This document shows, piece by piece, positions 28,489 through 38,575 of a DNA stretch of 64,000 nt. The notes beneath the pieces are model-generated. The model was not told the origin of the DNA and ran no database searches. It was given only the letters and a program-made list of their open reading frames with translations. Location of the stretch: contig MFNS01000001.1 of NCBI GenBank assembly GCA_001783805.1, positions 192,649 through 256,648 of the forward strand. The letters run 5' to 3'. Source of the stretch: Candidatus Levybacteria bacterium RIFCSPHIGHO2_01_FULL_40_16. Lineage in GTDB: Bacteria > Patescibacteriota > Microgenomatia > Levybacterales > UBA12049. Within the stretch, counting starts at the first letter, position 1; each line of letters starts with the position of its first letter. A program made the translations under genes and the position numbers.

Positions 28489-29662
28489 AAAAAGGGTTTC
28501 CTCATATTTTCAAAAATCCTCCGATCTGGACGCAAAAACCAACATTTTGGTATCTCAAATTGACAAAATTAAAACAATTACTGCCGATTCTGAAATTGAA
28601 GCATTTCTTCTGGAAAGTAAGCTTATTAAAGAGTTTAAGCCTAAATACAACGTAAAGCTGACAGACGACAAAGCTTACCCGATGATCAAGATTACAATTA
28701 AAGATAAAATCCCAAAAGTTTTAGTCGTCAGGCGTTCGGATGATAAATCCGTCTATTTCGGCCCCTTTCCCAATGGCGCTCAAGCTTTAAGAACTGTTCT
28801 AAAAACGATCCGAAAAATCTTTCACTACCAATCTGTTCCAAATCATCCTAATAAAATCTGTTTGTATTATCACCTCGGATTATGTCCTTGCCCGCCTGTT
28901 TTTGATTCTCCCGAATTTAGGAAAGAATACAAAAAAGATATCAGGCATATTATTAATTTCCTGAGAGGGAATACTAAAAAAGTTGTCAATGATCTTAAAA
29001 AAGAAAGGGATTTATTAAGTAGCAACGAACAGTTCGAAAAAGCAAATACCCTGCAAAACAAAATAAACGCGATCGAATTAATTACCGGACCGTTTTACAA
29101 AACGAAATTAGACCTAGATGACAATCCAATTTTTACGGTTGGCCTGCGAAAGAAAGAAATAACCGACTTAATTGATATTTTAAACAAAAATAATTACAAA
29201 TTAAAAAAAGCAGAAAGGATTGAATGTTTTGATATCTCCAATATTTCCGGGACATATGCCGCCGGCTCAATGGTGGTTTTCGTCAACGGGCGGAAAGACG
29301 GAAATTGGTACAGAAAATTCAAAATAAGAACCTTGAACACTCCAAATGACTTTGCCATGATGCAAGAAGTTTTACAAAGAAGATTTAGACATAAAGAGTG
29401 GCCATTTCCAGATTTGCTAATTGTTGACGGAGGAAAAGGACAGATTTCAATTGCCTTAAAAGTTTTAAAAAGCATGAATTTAAATATTCCAATTGTTGGT
29501 CTTGCCAAACGGGAGGAAACAATTGTTACTTCTGATTTTAAAGAAATAGTTTTACCAAAAAATTCTGATGCCTTGAAACTGATAATGCGGATCCGTGATG
29601 AAGCACATCGCTTCGCCATCACCTATCACAAATTACTCCGCTCCAAGTCATTGCTTTCTTGA
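28379..29662 (+). CDS. uvrC: excinuclease ABC subunit C, compact form (GIY-YIG plus RNase H-like endonuclease domain, no C-terminal HhH)
   Basis: [29 protein letters not shown]; ...LAKREE...[11 protein letters not shown]. The annotated start overlaps the upstream CDS by about 110 nt. Confidence 0.75.
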   Translation: [427 protein letters not shown]

Positions 29663-31009
29663 AACTTCGTAGTAATAGGGAAAGAAGAGGAAAGAAGCGG
29701 GGGGATCGGAAAGTAAATATTTTTGAAAATCAGAATATATCAATATCCGTTTTTGAATGTCCAACTCTTTCCTTCCGTCCTCTAATAATTTGTCTATTCT
29801 CTTATTATCATAATATGTGATGTTGTTTACTTGGGATGAATGCCAGAGGGTATACTGATCCGGATCCGAGGAAAGATTGATTTCCCCTAAAAAAATTTGA
29901 AAATTCGAAGGGACTTGAGAAGTTACTTTAATTTTAGTTTCAATGTTTAATTTTTTCCAAGTCTCAGCGATAGTTTTGGCCGTACTTTCATATTTAGGCA
30001 GAGTATCCATTGTCAAGGATATTTTTCCGCTTTCGGTTGCCGTTTCCGATTTATCTATTAATAATTTTGCATGTTCTAAATCTTGTTGATAGGCATTGAA
30101 TCTTCCCTGATTTGCATAAGAAAAATACGGCAGGGGACTGGAATTTCTTTCTCCCGATTCAAAATTATCCGGCATTGTGTAACTCAAGCCCTCCCGCAGT
30201 GTTTTTGATGAAACAACCTTGTCCCTAGTATTGTAAAAAAGAGTAACGAGTTTAGTCCGGTTTATCTTTTTCTCAACTTTTACATTTTTAAAAGACCCGA
30301 AATTGGAATTTTTAAATTCTAAGTCAGGCAAATTCGTAATAATTGAAACTTCCCCAAGGAGAAAGGCTGTTTTCAAGGCAAATGTTGTTGGATAAAATAG
30401 CTGATAAGTTATGTTCTTATGATATTTTTCAGAATATAGCTCTATGGATTCAATGAAATTGCCGTTAAGCCGTATCTTTTTGACTTTATAATCTCCCACC
30501 CCTACAAAGCCATTTTTGAAAATAGGCCGGGTAACGGTTGTAAGAAAAGGCGAATAGTTGTCCCTTAAATCAAAAACGATTGTATATTTATCGGGCCTTC
30601 TTACGGTAACATCGGCAAAATCGTAGTTAATATTATCAGAAGTTAAATTTGTGCCGTCGGAAAAGAATCTATCTTTGTGAAGAATAAAGGCATAACTTTT
30701 TCCATTCGGAGCGATCTTCCATTTCTCTGCAATATCAGGTTTAACAGTTCCATCTATCTCCGTTCTTGTCAGCCCTTTGGATATTTTGCTTAAAATTTCT
30801 CTAGGCAAAGAATCGATGGTGTAGGATCCCACCATTCCTATCGTCTCTTTTTCTATAAATGGCAAACGTGTTATCGAATAGGATAAAACTTTATTAAGAA
30901 GGAAGAAAACAACGAGACCAAGTCCAAAATAAATCAGAATATTCTTCCCCCATTTCTTGAAGTACGCTTTTATCAGCCAAAATAGGAGTCTTTTTCTTAA
31001 GACTATCAT
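29648..31009 (-). CDS. extracellular solute-binding protein (family 5-like), membrane-anchored
   Basis: N-terminal TM; overall SBP_bac_5-like layout; weak. Confidence 0.4.
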   Translation of the reverse strand: MIVLRKRLLFWLIKAYFKKWGKNILIYFGLGLVVFFLLNKVLSYSITRLPFIEKETIGMVGSYTIDSLPREILSKISKGLTRTEIDGTVKPDIAEKWKIAPNGKSYAFILHKDRFFSDGTNLTSDNINYDFADVTVRRPDKYTIVFDLRDNYSPFLTTVTRPIFKNGFVGVGDYKVKKIRLNGNFIESIELYSEKYHKNITYQLFYPTTFALKTAFLLGEVSIITNLPDLEFKNSNFGSFKNVKVEKKINRTKLVTLFYNTRDKVVSSKTLREGLSYTMPDNFESGERNSSPLPYFSYANQGRFNAYQQDLEHAKLLIDKSETATESGKISLTMDTLPKYESTAKTIAETWKKLNIETKIKVTSQVPSNFQIFLGEINLSSDPDQYTLWHSSQVNNITYYDNKRIDKLLEDGRKELDIQKRILIYSDFQKYLLSDPPASFLFFPYYYEVSRKQ

Positions 31010-31012
31010 AAA

Positions 31013-31225
31013 TTATCGAGGTATGAGAAGAATTATCGATAAAATTCCAAAGATAGTTGTTAGGATTACCGTTACCCAAATAAGCAACTTATCGATGCTT
31101 TGGCGACTGCGGTAGAACTCTCCGCCTCCTCCAAAAGAGCTGGATAACCCGGTTCCCTGCATCTGAAGCATGATTACGCCAATTAAGAGTACTGCAACGA
31201 CAATCGCAATTACATTCAGGAGCAT
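31013..31225 (-). CDS. secG: preprotein translocase subunit SecG
   Basis: Two TM helices flanking a G-rich loop (GTGLSSSFGGGGEF). Confidence 0.7.
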   Translation of the reverse strand: MLLNVIAIVVAVLLIGVIMLQMQGTGLSSSFGGGGEFYRSRQSIDKLLIWVTVILTTIFGILSIILLIPR

Positions 31226-31365
31226 ATTCTCAATTATACCACTCCGCTTTAATATTTTACAAATTGGTATGACTCCGTAGCTTCAGGCTAATCTTAAACC
31301 AAAATTTGCAAACCGAGACTAAAGCTTCGCAGGTATTTCCCTTTTTATATTTTAAAAGCGAAGGG

Positions 31366-32316
31366 TCATATATTTTCCATGATTACTTTTGCAAGTTTAA
31401 CGGAATCATGGTAAATCGGAAATCCTGTATTTACGATGTCGTGGGCTGAAACGTCGTAATTCTTGTTTTTTTTGTAATCTAGCGGAACAAATTTGTATTG
31501 GCGTTTATATTTGTCTGGAATAATAGGCGTAGTGTTATTGTTCATGAGTACATGTTTGAAAATATTAGCTCCGCAATGAGATGTAATCGCTTTTATGTAG
31601 TCATTAACTTTATAATTTGGAGTTTCAAATAATTTATTTGCAACATTTACAATATAAAGTTTTTTCGCCTCTGATTTCTTAATCGCTTCTAAAATTCCGG
31701 GTATGAGGAGAGCAGGAAGAATGGTTGAGTACAAATCTCCGGGACCGGCAACAATTAAATGTGCCTGCATAATTGCGTCAATTACTTCTTTTGAGGTTTT
31801 AGGGCTCTTTGGCTGTAAATGAAGTTTTTCGATAGTCCCCGTGAACCTTCCCAAATCGATATTTTCTTCACGGTCTACTCTTTCTCCAACACTTGTTTGC
31901 GCCCAAATAGAGACTGTTTCTGTTGTTGCCGGCAAAATTTTTCCTCGGGTTTTGAAGATTGCCTGCATTTGATACAGCGCTTTAGAAAAGTCACCCATGA
32001 TCGAAGTGAATGCCACCATCATTAGATTTCCCAGCTTATGACCGCCCAAAGATTCGTCCTGACCATATCTTTCTCCGGCAAACCGATAAGTAAGCAGTTT
32101 TTTCATTGTTTCGTCGGCAGTAGACATTGCAGCAATGCAACTGACTAAATCACCGGGAGGAGGAATGCTGTAAAGCCGGCGAAGTCTCCCTGTCGAGCCT
32201 CCGTCATCCGCCATTGAAACAATAACAGCAATGCCGTCCGTATACTTAATTAGACCTTTAATTAAATTAACCGTGCCGATTCCGCCACCAAGACAGACTA
32301 TTTTTTTATTAACCAT
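31366..32316 (-). CDS. yvcK: gluconeogenesis factor YvcK / CofD-like (UPF0052)
   Basis: IVCLGGGIGT...SMADDGGSTGRLR motifs. Confidence 0.8.
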   Translation of the reverse strand: MVNKKIVCLGGGIGTVNLIKGLIKYTDGIAVIVSMADDGGSTGRLRRLYSIPPPGDLVSCIAAMSTADETMKKLLTYRFAGERYGQDESLGGHKLGNLMMVAFTSIMGDFSKALYQMQAIFKTRGKILPATTETVSIWAQTSVGERVDREENIDLGRFTGTIEKLHLQPKSPKTSKEVIDAIMQAHLIVAGPGDLYSTILPALLIPGILEAIKKSEAKKLYIVNVANKLFETPNYKVNDYIKAITSHCGANIFKHVLMNNNTTPIIPDKYKRQYKFVPLDYKKNKNYDVSAHDIVNTGFPIYHDSVKLAKVIMENI

Positions 32317-32702
32317 TTTAAAAAACCGACTATAAAAGATAGCAGGAGAGATGCAAGAATATAGGCAAAGAAATTGTTAACTGGAAAAGATGGAATCACA
32401 AAACCTAAAAATGCAAAACCGTTAAATTTAAAGGCTGTAATTGCGATATTCGCATCAATAATTGTCAAAAGATAGAGGATAATTGCATTGGTTAGAAAAG
32501 AAAATAAACCAAGCGTAATTATATTTAATGGAAGTGTCACAATATTTAAAATCGGCTTAATTATGAGAAAAAGAATTGAAAGAATAATTCCCCCTGCAAT
32601 ATAAGCTGTGATTCCTCCGCTCACCCTGACGCCTGCCAAGGCCTGGCTTACCAGAAAAAGAGCGACTGAATAGAACACTATTCTGCGTAGAATTGACTTC
32701 AT
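32298..32702 (-). CDS. four-TM membrane protein (DUF360/YvlD-like)
   Basis: 134 aa, four TM helices, adjacent to yvcK. Confidence 0.35.
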   Translation of the reverse strand: MKSILRRIVFYSVALFLVSQALAGVRVSGGITAYIAGGIILSILFLIIKPILNIVTLPLNIITLGLFSFLTNAIILYLLTIIDANIAITAFKFNGFAFLGFVIPSFPVNNFFAYILASLLLSFIVGFLKWLIKK

Positions 32703-32757
32703 CCTTGAATGCTATCAAACAAAGACCCTTGTGTCAACGAATTATGAGTGATATAGT

Positions 32758-33801
32758 ATGGAAATTATGGATACGATTCCTTGCCCTAAGTGCGGTAAGC
32801 AAATTCAGATTACCGAGGCTCTACGCCACCAGCTGGAAGAAAAGATAAAAGTTGCGCAAAAAGAAAAACACAAAGAGGAATTGGAAAGAGTTAAAGTCCT
32901 AATCACGGCCCAAACGGAAAAAAGACTCAAGGAACAATCTCAAAAAGAGCTGGAAAAATCGGAAAAAGAAAAAGAACTTCTAGAAAAAAAGCTTGCCAAA
33001 GAGCAAGACGAACGAGCTGTGTTTGAAAAGAAAATAAAGGAAGACGCTTCCAGAAATGCTCAAGAAGAACAAAGATTGAAGCTTAAAGAAAAAGATTTGC
33101 AATTGGATGAAATTAGACGTGTAAATGAGGACCTCAAAAGAAAATTGGAACAAGGATCACAGCAAAGGCAAGGCGAAGTTTTGGAACTTGATCTGGAGGA
33201 GAAACTGCACTTGCAATTTCCAAATGATGAATTTCTTCCAATTCCAAAAGGAGTAGAAGGAGGAGACATTTGGCAAAAGGTGATTTATCAGGAAAAACTT
33301 GTTGGCTCTGTACTTTGGGAAACTAAAAGGACAAAAGCCTGGAGCAATGGGTGGACGGTCAAACTCAAAGAAGATTTGGGAAAAATTAATGCTTCGGAAG
33401 CAATTCTAATTTCCCAAGTTTTGCCAAACGATTCCAACAGTTTTGACAGAAAAGATGGGGTCTGGATAGCCAATTACGAACACGCAATCAGTCTTGGTAG
33501 ATTCGTCAGGTTTTTGCTGACCAATGTGGCCATAATTAAATCTTCAACTTCGCATACCGAAGAGGAATGGGGGAAAATTCGGGACTATATGATGAGTGAT
33601 GCCTTCAAACATAGGATGCAAGCACATTTTGAAGGGATAAAAAGCCTAAAAGATACTTTGGATTCGGAAAAGAGAGCAACTATTTTAAGATGGAAAAAAC
33701 AAGAATCGGTAATTAATAAGATGGATGCAAATACCGTTAACTTTTACGGTGAACTAAAGTCAATTGTTTCACAACTTCCTCAAATAGAAGGTGTGGATTA
33801 A
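32758..33801 (+). CDS. zinc-ribbon plus coiled-coil protein (DUF2130-like)
   Basis: N-terminal CPKCGKQ; long K/E-rich coiled coil; conserved C-terminal domain. Confidence 0.4.
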   Translation: MEIMDTIPCPKCGKQIQITEALRHQLEEKIKVAQKEKHKEELERVKVLITAQTEKRLKEQSQKELEKSEKEKELLEKKLAKEQDERAVFEKKIKEDASRNAQEEQRLKLKEKDLQLDEIRRVNEDLKRKLEQGSQQRQGEVLELDLEEKLHLQFPNDEFLPIPKGVEGGDIWQKVIYQEKLVGSVLWETKRTKAWSNGWTVKLKEDLGKINASEAILISQVLPNDSNSFDRKDGVWIANYEHAISLGRFVRFLLTNVAIIKSSTSHTEEEWGKIRDYMMSDAFKHRMQAHFEGIKSLKDTLDSEKRATILRWKKQESVINKMDANTVNFYGELKSIVSQLPQIEGVD

Positions 33802-33850
33802 TCTTCCGACACTACTTGACAAGGAGGAAAATTGTTATTAACATAGATTA

Positions 33851-34510
33851 ATGACTCGAAAACTGCTCATACTATTGCTTCCCCTGTTATTATTAATTTT
33901 TGTTGCTTCAGTAAATGCGGAAAATGCAACTACCGGAAGCGCCCAAACCGCAACTGATGCCGCAACAAAGCTAAAACTGCAAATGCAGCTACTGCAAGAA
34001 CAGAAGAAAACAACAATTACACAAATCAGAGATGATGCGAAAGCTTTAATTCAGGCGAAAAGAGATGAATTCAAGGCTAAGCTTAAGGCAATCAAAGACC
34101 AAAAGAAAAAAGCCTTGGTTGATCGCATAGATGCCAAGCTCGTAGAAGTCAACAAAAAGCATACAGCCAGATTCCTTGAAGTTCTCACCAGATTGCAATT
34201 ATTTCTGGAGAAATTTATACAGTCGGCAACGGGAAGCACATCGGCAAAGACTCTGACAGATATTACTGCGGCGCAAATAGCGATCGATACTGCAAAGTCA
34301 GCAGTTGAAGCTCAAGCTACAAAAGACTATACTATGAATATTGCCGATGACACTACCTTAAAATTAAATGCAGGGACAACCGTCAGTCAATTAAGGCTTG
34401 ACTTGATGGCAGTTTACAAGCTGGTTATAGACGCTAAACAAGCAGTTCAAAAATTGAATACAGACAGATCGACGATTAAGAAGGAGGCAACAGGTTCAGC
34501 CAATTTATAA
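33851..34510 (+). CDS. secreted coiled-coil protein, hypothetical
   Basis: Signal peptide plus K/A/Q-rich helical repeats. Confidence 0.35.
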   Translation: MTRKLLILLLPLLLLIFVASVNAENATTGSAQTATDAATKLKLQMQLLQEQKKTTITQIRDDAKALIQAKRDEFKAKLKAIKDQKKKALVDRIDAKLVEVNKKHTARFLEVLTRLQLFLEKFIQSATGSTSAKTLTDITAAQIAIDTAKSAVEAQATKDYTMNIADDTTLKLNAGTTVSQLRLDLMAVYKLVIDAKQAVQKLNTDRSTIKKEATGSANL

Positions 34511-34514
34511 AATT

Positions 34515-34883
34515 ATGGATCCAAATAACAATCAGCCAATAAATACGAATCCGTTAGAACAGCCGGCTGTACCCCAACCAGTTGCTCAACCTGCTCCTGC
34601 GCCCGTTCAGCCTGCTAGCTATCAAGCCTCTCCGACGCCACCAAAAAAGAATAAGAAAATCTTGAGTTTATTACTAATTCTGTTTTTGTTAATTCTCGGA
34701 ATGGTGGGATATGTATTTTTTGCAAAAAATCAACTAAATAATAAACAAAATCTATCAACCAGCAATACTACTGCTCCAACTACAACAGTACTCACTCCAA
34801 CTCCTGTTACTGTAGATCAAGTAAATGTGGAGAGTCCCGCTGCCGATCTAAATGGAATAGATCGGGACGTACAAGCCTTATAA
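34515..34883 (+). CDS. Pro/Ala-rich single-pass membrane protein, hypothetical
   Basis: PAVPQPVAQPAPAPVQP region followed by a TM helix. Confidence 0.35.
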   Translation: MDPNNNQPINTNPLEQPAVPQPVAQPAPAPVQPASYQASPTPPKKNKKILSLLLILFLLILGMVGYVFFAKNQLNNKQNLSTSNTTAPTTTVLTPTPVTVDQVNVESPAADLNGIDRDVQAL

Positions 34884-35010
34884 AATTTCCTCAAAGGCCA
34901 GCGAATTGGGACCTAAAAACCCTGCGGAGGATAGCACCCGTCGCGAATTTCCCCTTTTTCTCTTCCTGGAAGCTGTAAAAGTTTAATAATTGTAGTATAC
35001 TAACATTCAA

Positions 35011-35083
35011 GGGTCGCTAGCTCAATTGGTAGAGCAATTCCCTCTTAAGGAATAGGTTCCGGGTTCGATTCCCGGGCGGCTCA
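35011..35083 (+). tRNA. tRNA-Lys (anticodon CTT)
   Basis: GGGTCGC acceptor, loop CTCTTAA, T-loop TTCGATT. Confidence 0.85.
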
Positions 35084-35143
35084 CAAAGTTGATAATTAGA
35101 TAATTGCCTTACTTGGAATTATAAGCTAATCTTTGTTAAGAAT

Positions 35144-35542
35144 TTATTGGGGTTCTGCATTTTGTTCTGGCTTTTCCAAAATTTCCCTTATCTTTTCAAG
35201 TACATCCTCAAACTTGGTGCTTGCTTTTATCAAATAATAGGTTGGATTATCCTTAACAACCCCCTGCAAAATTGTGCCGAGGGGATCCAGATTGGTCAGG
35301 ATGATCACTTTCGCATCTTTTCCCCAGGGATCTTGACGTAAAAGCTTAAGCATAGTCATACCATCCATTTTTGGCATTCGGATATCCAGCAATATCAAAT
35401 CGGGATGCTCTGCCAAGGATTTTTTTAATCCTTCTTCTCCGTCCATTGCCGTATGGACATCATATCCATGATTAACCAGAAGTTTTTGGTACATGTTCAG
35501 AAGAATTTTGTCATCCTCGATTAGTAATAATGTCTTTGCCAT
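35144..35542 (-). CDS. response-regulator receiver domain protein (CheY-like, no output domain)
   Basis: LLIEDD...DLILLDIRMPKMDG phospho-acceptor region. Confidence 0.7.
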   Translation of the reverse strand: MAKTLLLIEDDKILLNMYQKLLVNHGYDVHTAMDGEEGLKKSLAEHPDLILLDIRMPKMDGMTMLKLLRQDPWGKDAKVIILTNLDPLGTILQGVVKDNPTYYLIKASTKFEDVLEKIREILEKPEQNAEPQ

Positions 35543-35572
35543 ATCATAATGTACTTTATCAACTTTTTATTA

Positions 35573-36874
35573 CTAAATCAACTGCCTTTTTACTTTTTGA
35601 GCTAGTTGAGATTTGGCAATGGGCAAGGAAAAGGCAAATGTGCTCCCAACGCCTACCTCCGATTTATCAATCCACAATTCTCCTCGCATTTTACGGATCA
35701 TCTCTTGGGATATGTGCAGCCCAAGCCCCGTACTTGCCGGTTTGTCTTTAGCTGATTCAAGCTGTTCAAACATCCCAAAAAGCTTGCCTTGGTCTTCTTT
35801 CGTAATGCCAATGCCGGTGTCCGTAATATAAACGCTTACTTTATCTTGTTCACTTTTGGTTGAAATAGTAATGCTGCCTTGATCCGTAAATTTAAGTGAA
35901 TTGCCAATGAGATTATTTAAAACTTCTTTTACCTTCTCCGAATCACCTTGAACGATAATAGGCTCAAGTTTTGCGATTTCAAGCCGCAGCCCTTTTTGTC
36001 CGGATAGCGGCTGCAATAGATGGACTGCCTGATTAACAACATCTGCAATAGAAAATTCTGATAGATTATAGCTCATCTTTCCTGCCTGAATCCGCGAAAG
36101 GCTTAACAGATCGTTTACCAGATTAATCAACCGCTGACTGGAAGTATTTACATCCTGAAGGGGTTGTTTCAAATTTGCGTTTACCTCCCCGTATTCTCCG
36201 CTAAGAATCATTGAAACCAAACCATCAATAGCGGTAAGTGGTGTTCTAAGTTCGTGTGAAGCAATCGACAAAAACTCATCCTTAAGCTTATCCAAGCTCT
36301 CCAATTTTTTATTGGCCTTTTGTAGATTGGCTTTTTCTTTGATTAAATCTTGCTCACTTCTCTTACGCTCCGAAAGAGCCAAACTCAAGTTGTGCGAATT
36401 AACCTCAAGCTCTGCCCAAGCGGCTAATCCCAAAAGAATTTCTTGATTAGCTTTTGCAAATTCTCTTGGTTTTGTATCTTTAATGCAGAAAACGCCCACC
36501 CGTTGTCCGTCGGCATTTGAAATCGGTACGCCTGCATAAAAACGGATGTATGGCTTGCCAACTACCATCGGGTTATCGGAAAACCTCACATCTTTTTTTG
36601 TATCCGGTATTACCAACATTTCCGGAGCCAAAAGTGCGTGCCCGCAAAATGAAATAGCGCGACTGCCTTCTTTACTCGAAAGACCCTGACAGGATTTAAA
36701 CCATTCTCTTTTCTCGTCGACCAGAGTTAAGGTTGAAATGGGGACATGAAAAATTTGGGTTGCGGTACGGGTGATTATGTCAAACCGTTCCTCAGGATGA
36801 GTATCAAGAAGCCCTAATTTATGCAAAGACAGAAGGCGTTCTTGTTCATTGTCGGGAATTGGCGCATGTTTCAT
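35573..36874 (-). CDS. GAF-domain sensor histidine kinase
   Basis: H-box LSIASHELRTPLTAI; HATPase N/G boxes (LIGNSLKFT, DTGIGI, GLGL). Confidence 0.8.
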   Translation of the reverse strand: MKHAPIPDNEQERLLSLHKLGLLDTHPEERFDIITRTATQIFHVPISTLTLVDEKREWFKSCQGLSSKEGSRAISFCGHALLAPEMLVIPDTKKDVRFSDNPMVVGKPYIRFYAGVPISNADGQRVGVFCIKDTKPREFAKANQEILLGLAAWAELEVNSHNLSLALSERKRSEQDLIKEKANLQKANKKLESLDKLKDEFLSIASHELRTPLTAIDGLVSMILSGEYGEVNANLKQPLQDVNTSSQRLINLVNDLLSLSRIQAGKMSYNLSEFSIADVVNQAVHLLQPLSGQKGLRLEIAKLEPIIVQGDSEKVKEVLNNLIGNSLKFTDQGSITISTKSEQDKVSVYITDTGIGITKEDQGKLFGMFEQLESAKDKPASTGLGLHISQEMIRKMRGELWIDKSEVGVGSTFAFSLPIAKSQLAQKVKRQLI

Positions 36875-37018
36875 AATTAAAACTCAGTTGAAGCTGGATA
36901 ACTGCCTTGCTTGGAATTTTTATGATCCATATTGTTAATAATATACGAATCATTATCTCTTTGGCAATATTCAATGCAATCAGTCATTCTTCAGGATATC
37001 TGGTATAATTTAATTTAC

Positions 37019-37090
37019 GCCCTTGTAGCTTAACGGATAAAGCACTGGTCTTCGGAACCAGTAATGGGGGTTCGATTCCCTCCAGGGGCA
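37019..37090 (+). tRNA. tRNA-Arg (anticodon TCG); TATAAT -10 at 37003-37008
   Basis: GCCCTTG acceptor, loop CTTCGGA, T-loop TTCGATT. Confidence 0.8.
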
Positions 37091-37106
37091 CACCTCGCTT
37101 TGCTCG

Positions 37107-38555
37107 GTGCAAGCTATAAATATGGAAAATTTATTCAAGAGATACCAGCATGAATTTATTCTGGGCATTTTTATTTGTATTTATATCGCTTATTTTACAA
37201 TTGCCAGCTTTCTTAGATACGATAATTTTTACGCCGGGCGCTACGATTTAGGCAACATGGACCAGACAGTCTGGAATACAATCAACGGAAGAATCTTCCA
37301 AACATCAAATGAGAATGGAGTGATAATTTCCAGATTGTCTGCGCATGCGGATTTTCTGCTTATTTTAATCTCCCCATTTTATCTTTTGTGGTCAAGTCCT
37401 AAGACTTTATTATTATTACAAACTGCTGTTTTGGGACTTGGAGCTATATTTATTTTTCTAATCGCCAAAGAAATACTTAAAAACAAAAATCTCGCCTTAA
37501 TTTTTGGCTTTTTGTTTCTCATGAATCCTCTGATGCAATTTTCCAACCTATACGACTTCCACGCGGTCACTTTCGCAACCACACTCTTACTCTCGTCTTT
37601 CTATTTCTTAATCAAGAAAAAATATTTCTTACTGACTATTTTGTTAGCACTGTCGGGTATTGCCAAAGAGGAAATATGGATTATTACTTCTTTTTTTGGC
37701 TTTCCTTTATTGCTTCAAAAAACAAAAATTAAATTATTGGGGTTAGGGATAATAGTTTTTTCTCTGGCAATTTTTGTTTATCTGGTAAATTATGCCATTC
37801 CTCAAAACTTAAGGGGACAACATTTTGCTTTAGCCTATTTTTCTGATTTTGGAGACACTTCAACTCAGGTTGTCTTAAATATTTTATTGTCACCTCAAAA
37901 ACTTTTTTTAACTATTTTTAATGTAAACGGCCTTAGTTACTTATTCAAATTATTTCTGCCTCTTGGTTTTATTTCTTTTCTAAACCCTTTTACACTTATC
38001 TTTAGCGTTCCTAGCTTACTGATTAATCTCTTAAGCAATAATTCGCAATTGCGTGAAATTTACTACCAATATACCTCAACGATTACTCCATTCATATTCA
38101 TCTCCGGAATCCACGGAGTAAAACAATTTTTAAAGTGGTTTCCGAAAATTTCTAAATTTTATGTGGCCGCATATCTGCTTTTTTTTATGCTCTCATATGC
38201 TTATTTTTTAGGTCCCTTACCTGGAACAAAAAATCCTAGCGTTGATATGTTTACTAAGCCATACTCCAACAAAAAAATTATCGAAGATTTCCTGACACGG
38301 ATTCCGGAAAATTATACAGTTGCCGCAACCAATAATCTGGGCGCACATCTTTCCCACAGAAAAAGCGTTGCAACAATTCCGGCCGGAATTGACCAGGCAC
38401 AGGTTATCCTCTTTTTATTAAACGATGTCTCCGCTCAACCCTCCCTATTATCCCAAAAGGAAATGGTTTATAGTTTAAAACATAATCGTAATTACGTTGA
38501 GGTTTTTGAAAAAGATGATTTCGTAGTCTTTAAAAAACAAGGGTTTTTGTTGTAA
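37107..38555 (+). CDS. polytopic membrane protein (DUF2079-like)
   Basis: YDLGNMDQTVWNT motif plus more than 10 TM helices. Confidence 0.45.
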   Translation: MQAINMENLFKRYQHEFILGIFICIYIAYFTIASFLRYDNFYAGRYDLGNMDQTVWNTINGRIFQTSNENGVIISRLSAHADFLLILISPFYLLWSSPKTLLLLQTAVLGLGAIFIFLIAKEILKNKNLALIFGFLFLMNPLMQFSNLYDFHAVTFATTLLLSSFYFLIKKKYFLLTILLALSGIAKEEIWIITSFFGFPLLLQKTKIKLLGLGIIVFSLAIFVYLVNYAIPQNLRGQHFALAYFSDFGDTSTQVVLNILLSPQKLFLTIFNVNGLSYLFKLFLPLGFISFLNPFTLIFSVPSLLINLLSNNSQLREIYYQYTSTITPFIFISGIHGVKQFLKWFPKISKFYVAAYLLFFMLSYAYFLGPLPGTKNPSVDMFTKPYSNKKIIEDFLTRIPENYTVAATNNLGAHLSHRKSVATIPAGIDQAQVILFLLNDVSAQPSLLSQKEMVYSLKHNRNYVEVFEKDDFVVFKKQGFLL

Positions 38556-38575
38556 GATATAAATGTAATATAAAT

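Noticed and set aside
34895-34960. GC-rich patch (CCAGCGAATTGGGACC...CCCGTCGCGAATTTCCCC) between the membrane-protein gene and tRNA-Lys(CTT)
   Set aside because: I could not find a convincing stem-loop plus T-tract (terminator) or similarity to the other GC-rich repeat termini; left uncalled.
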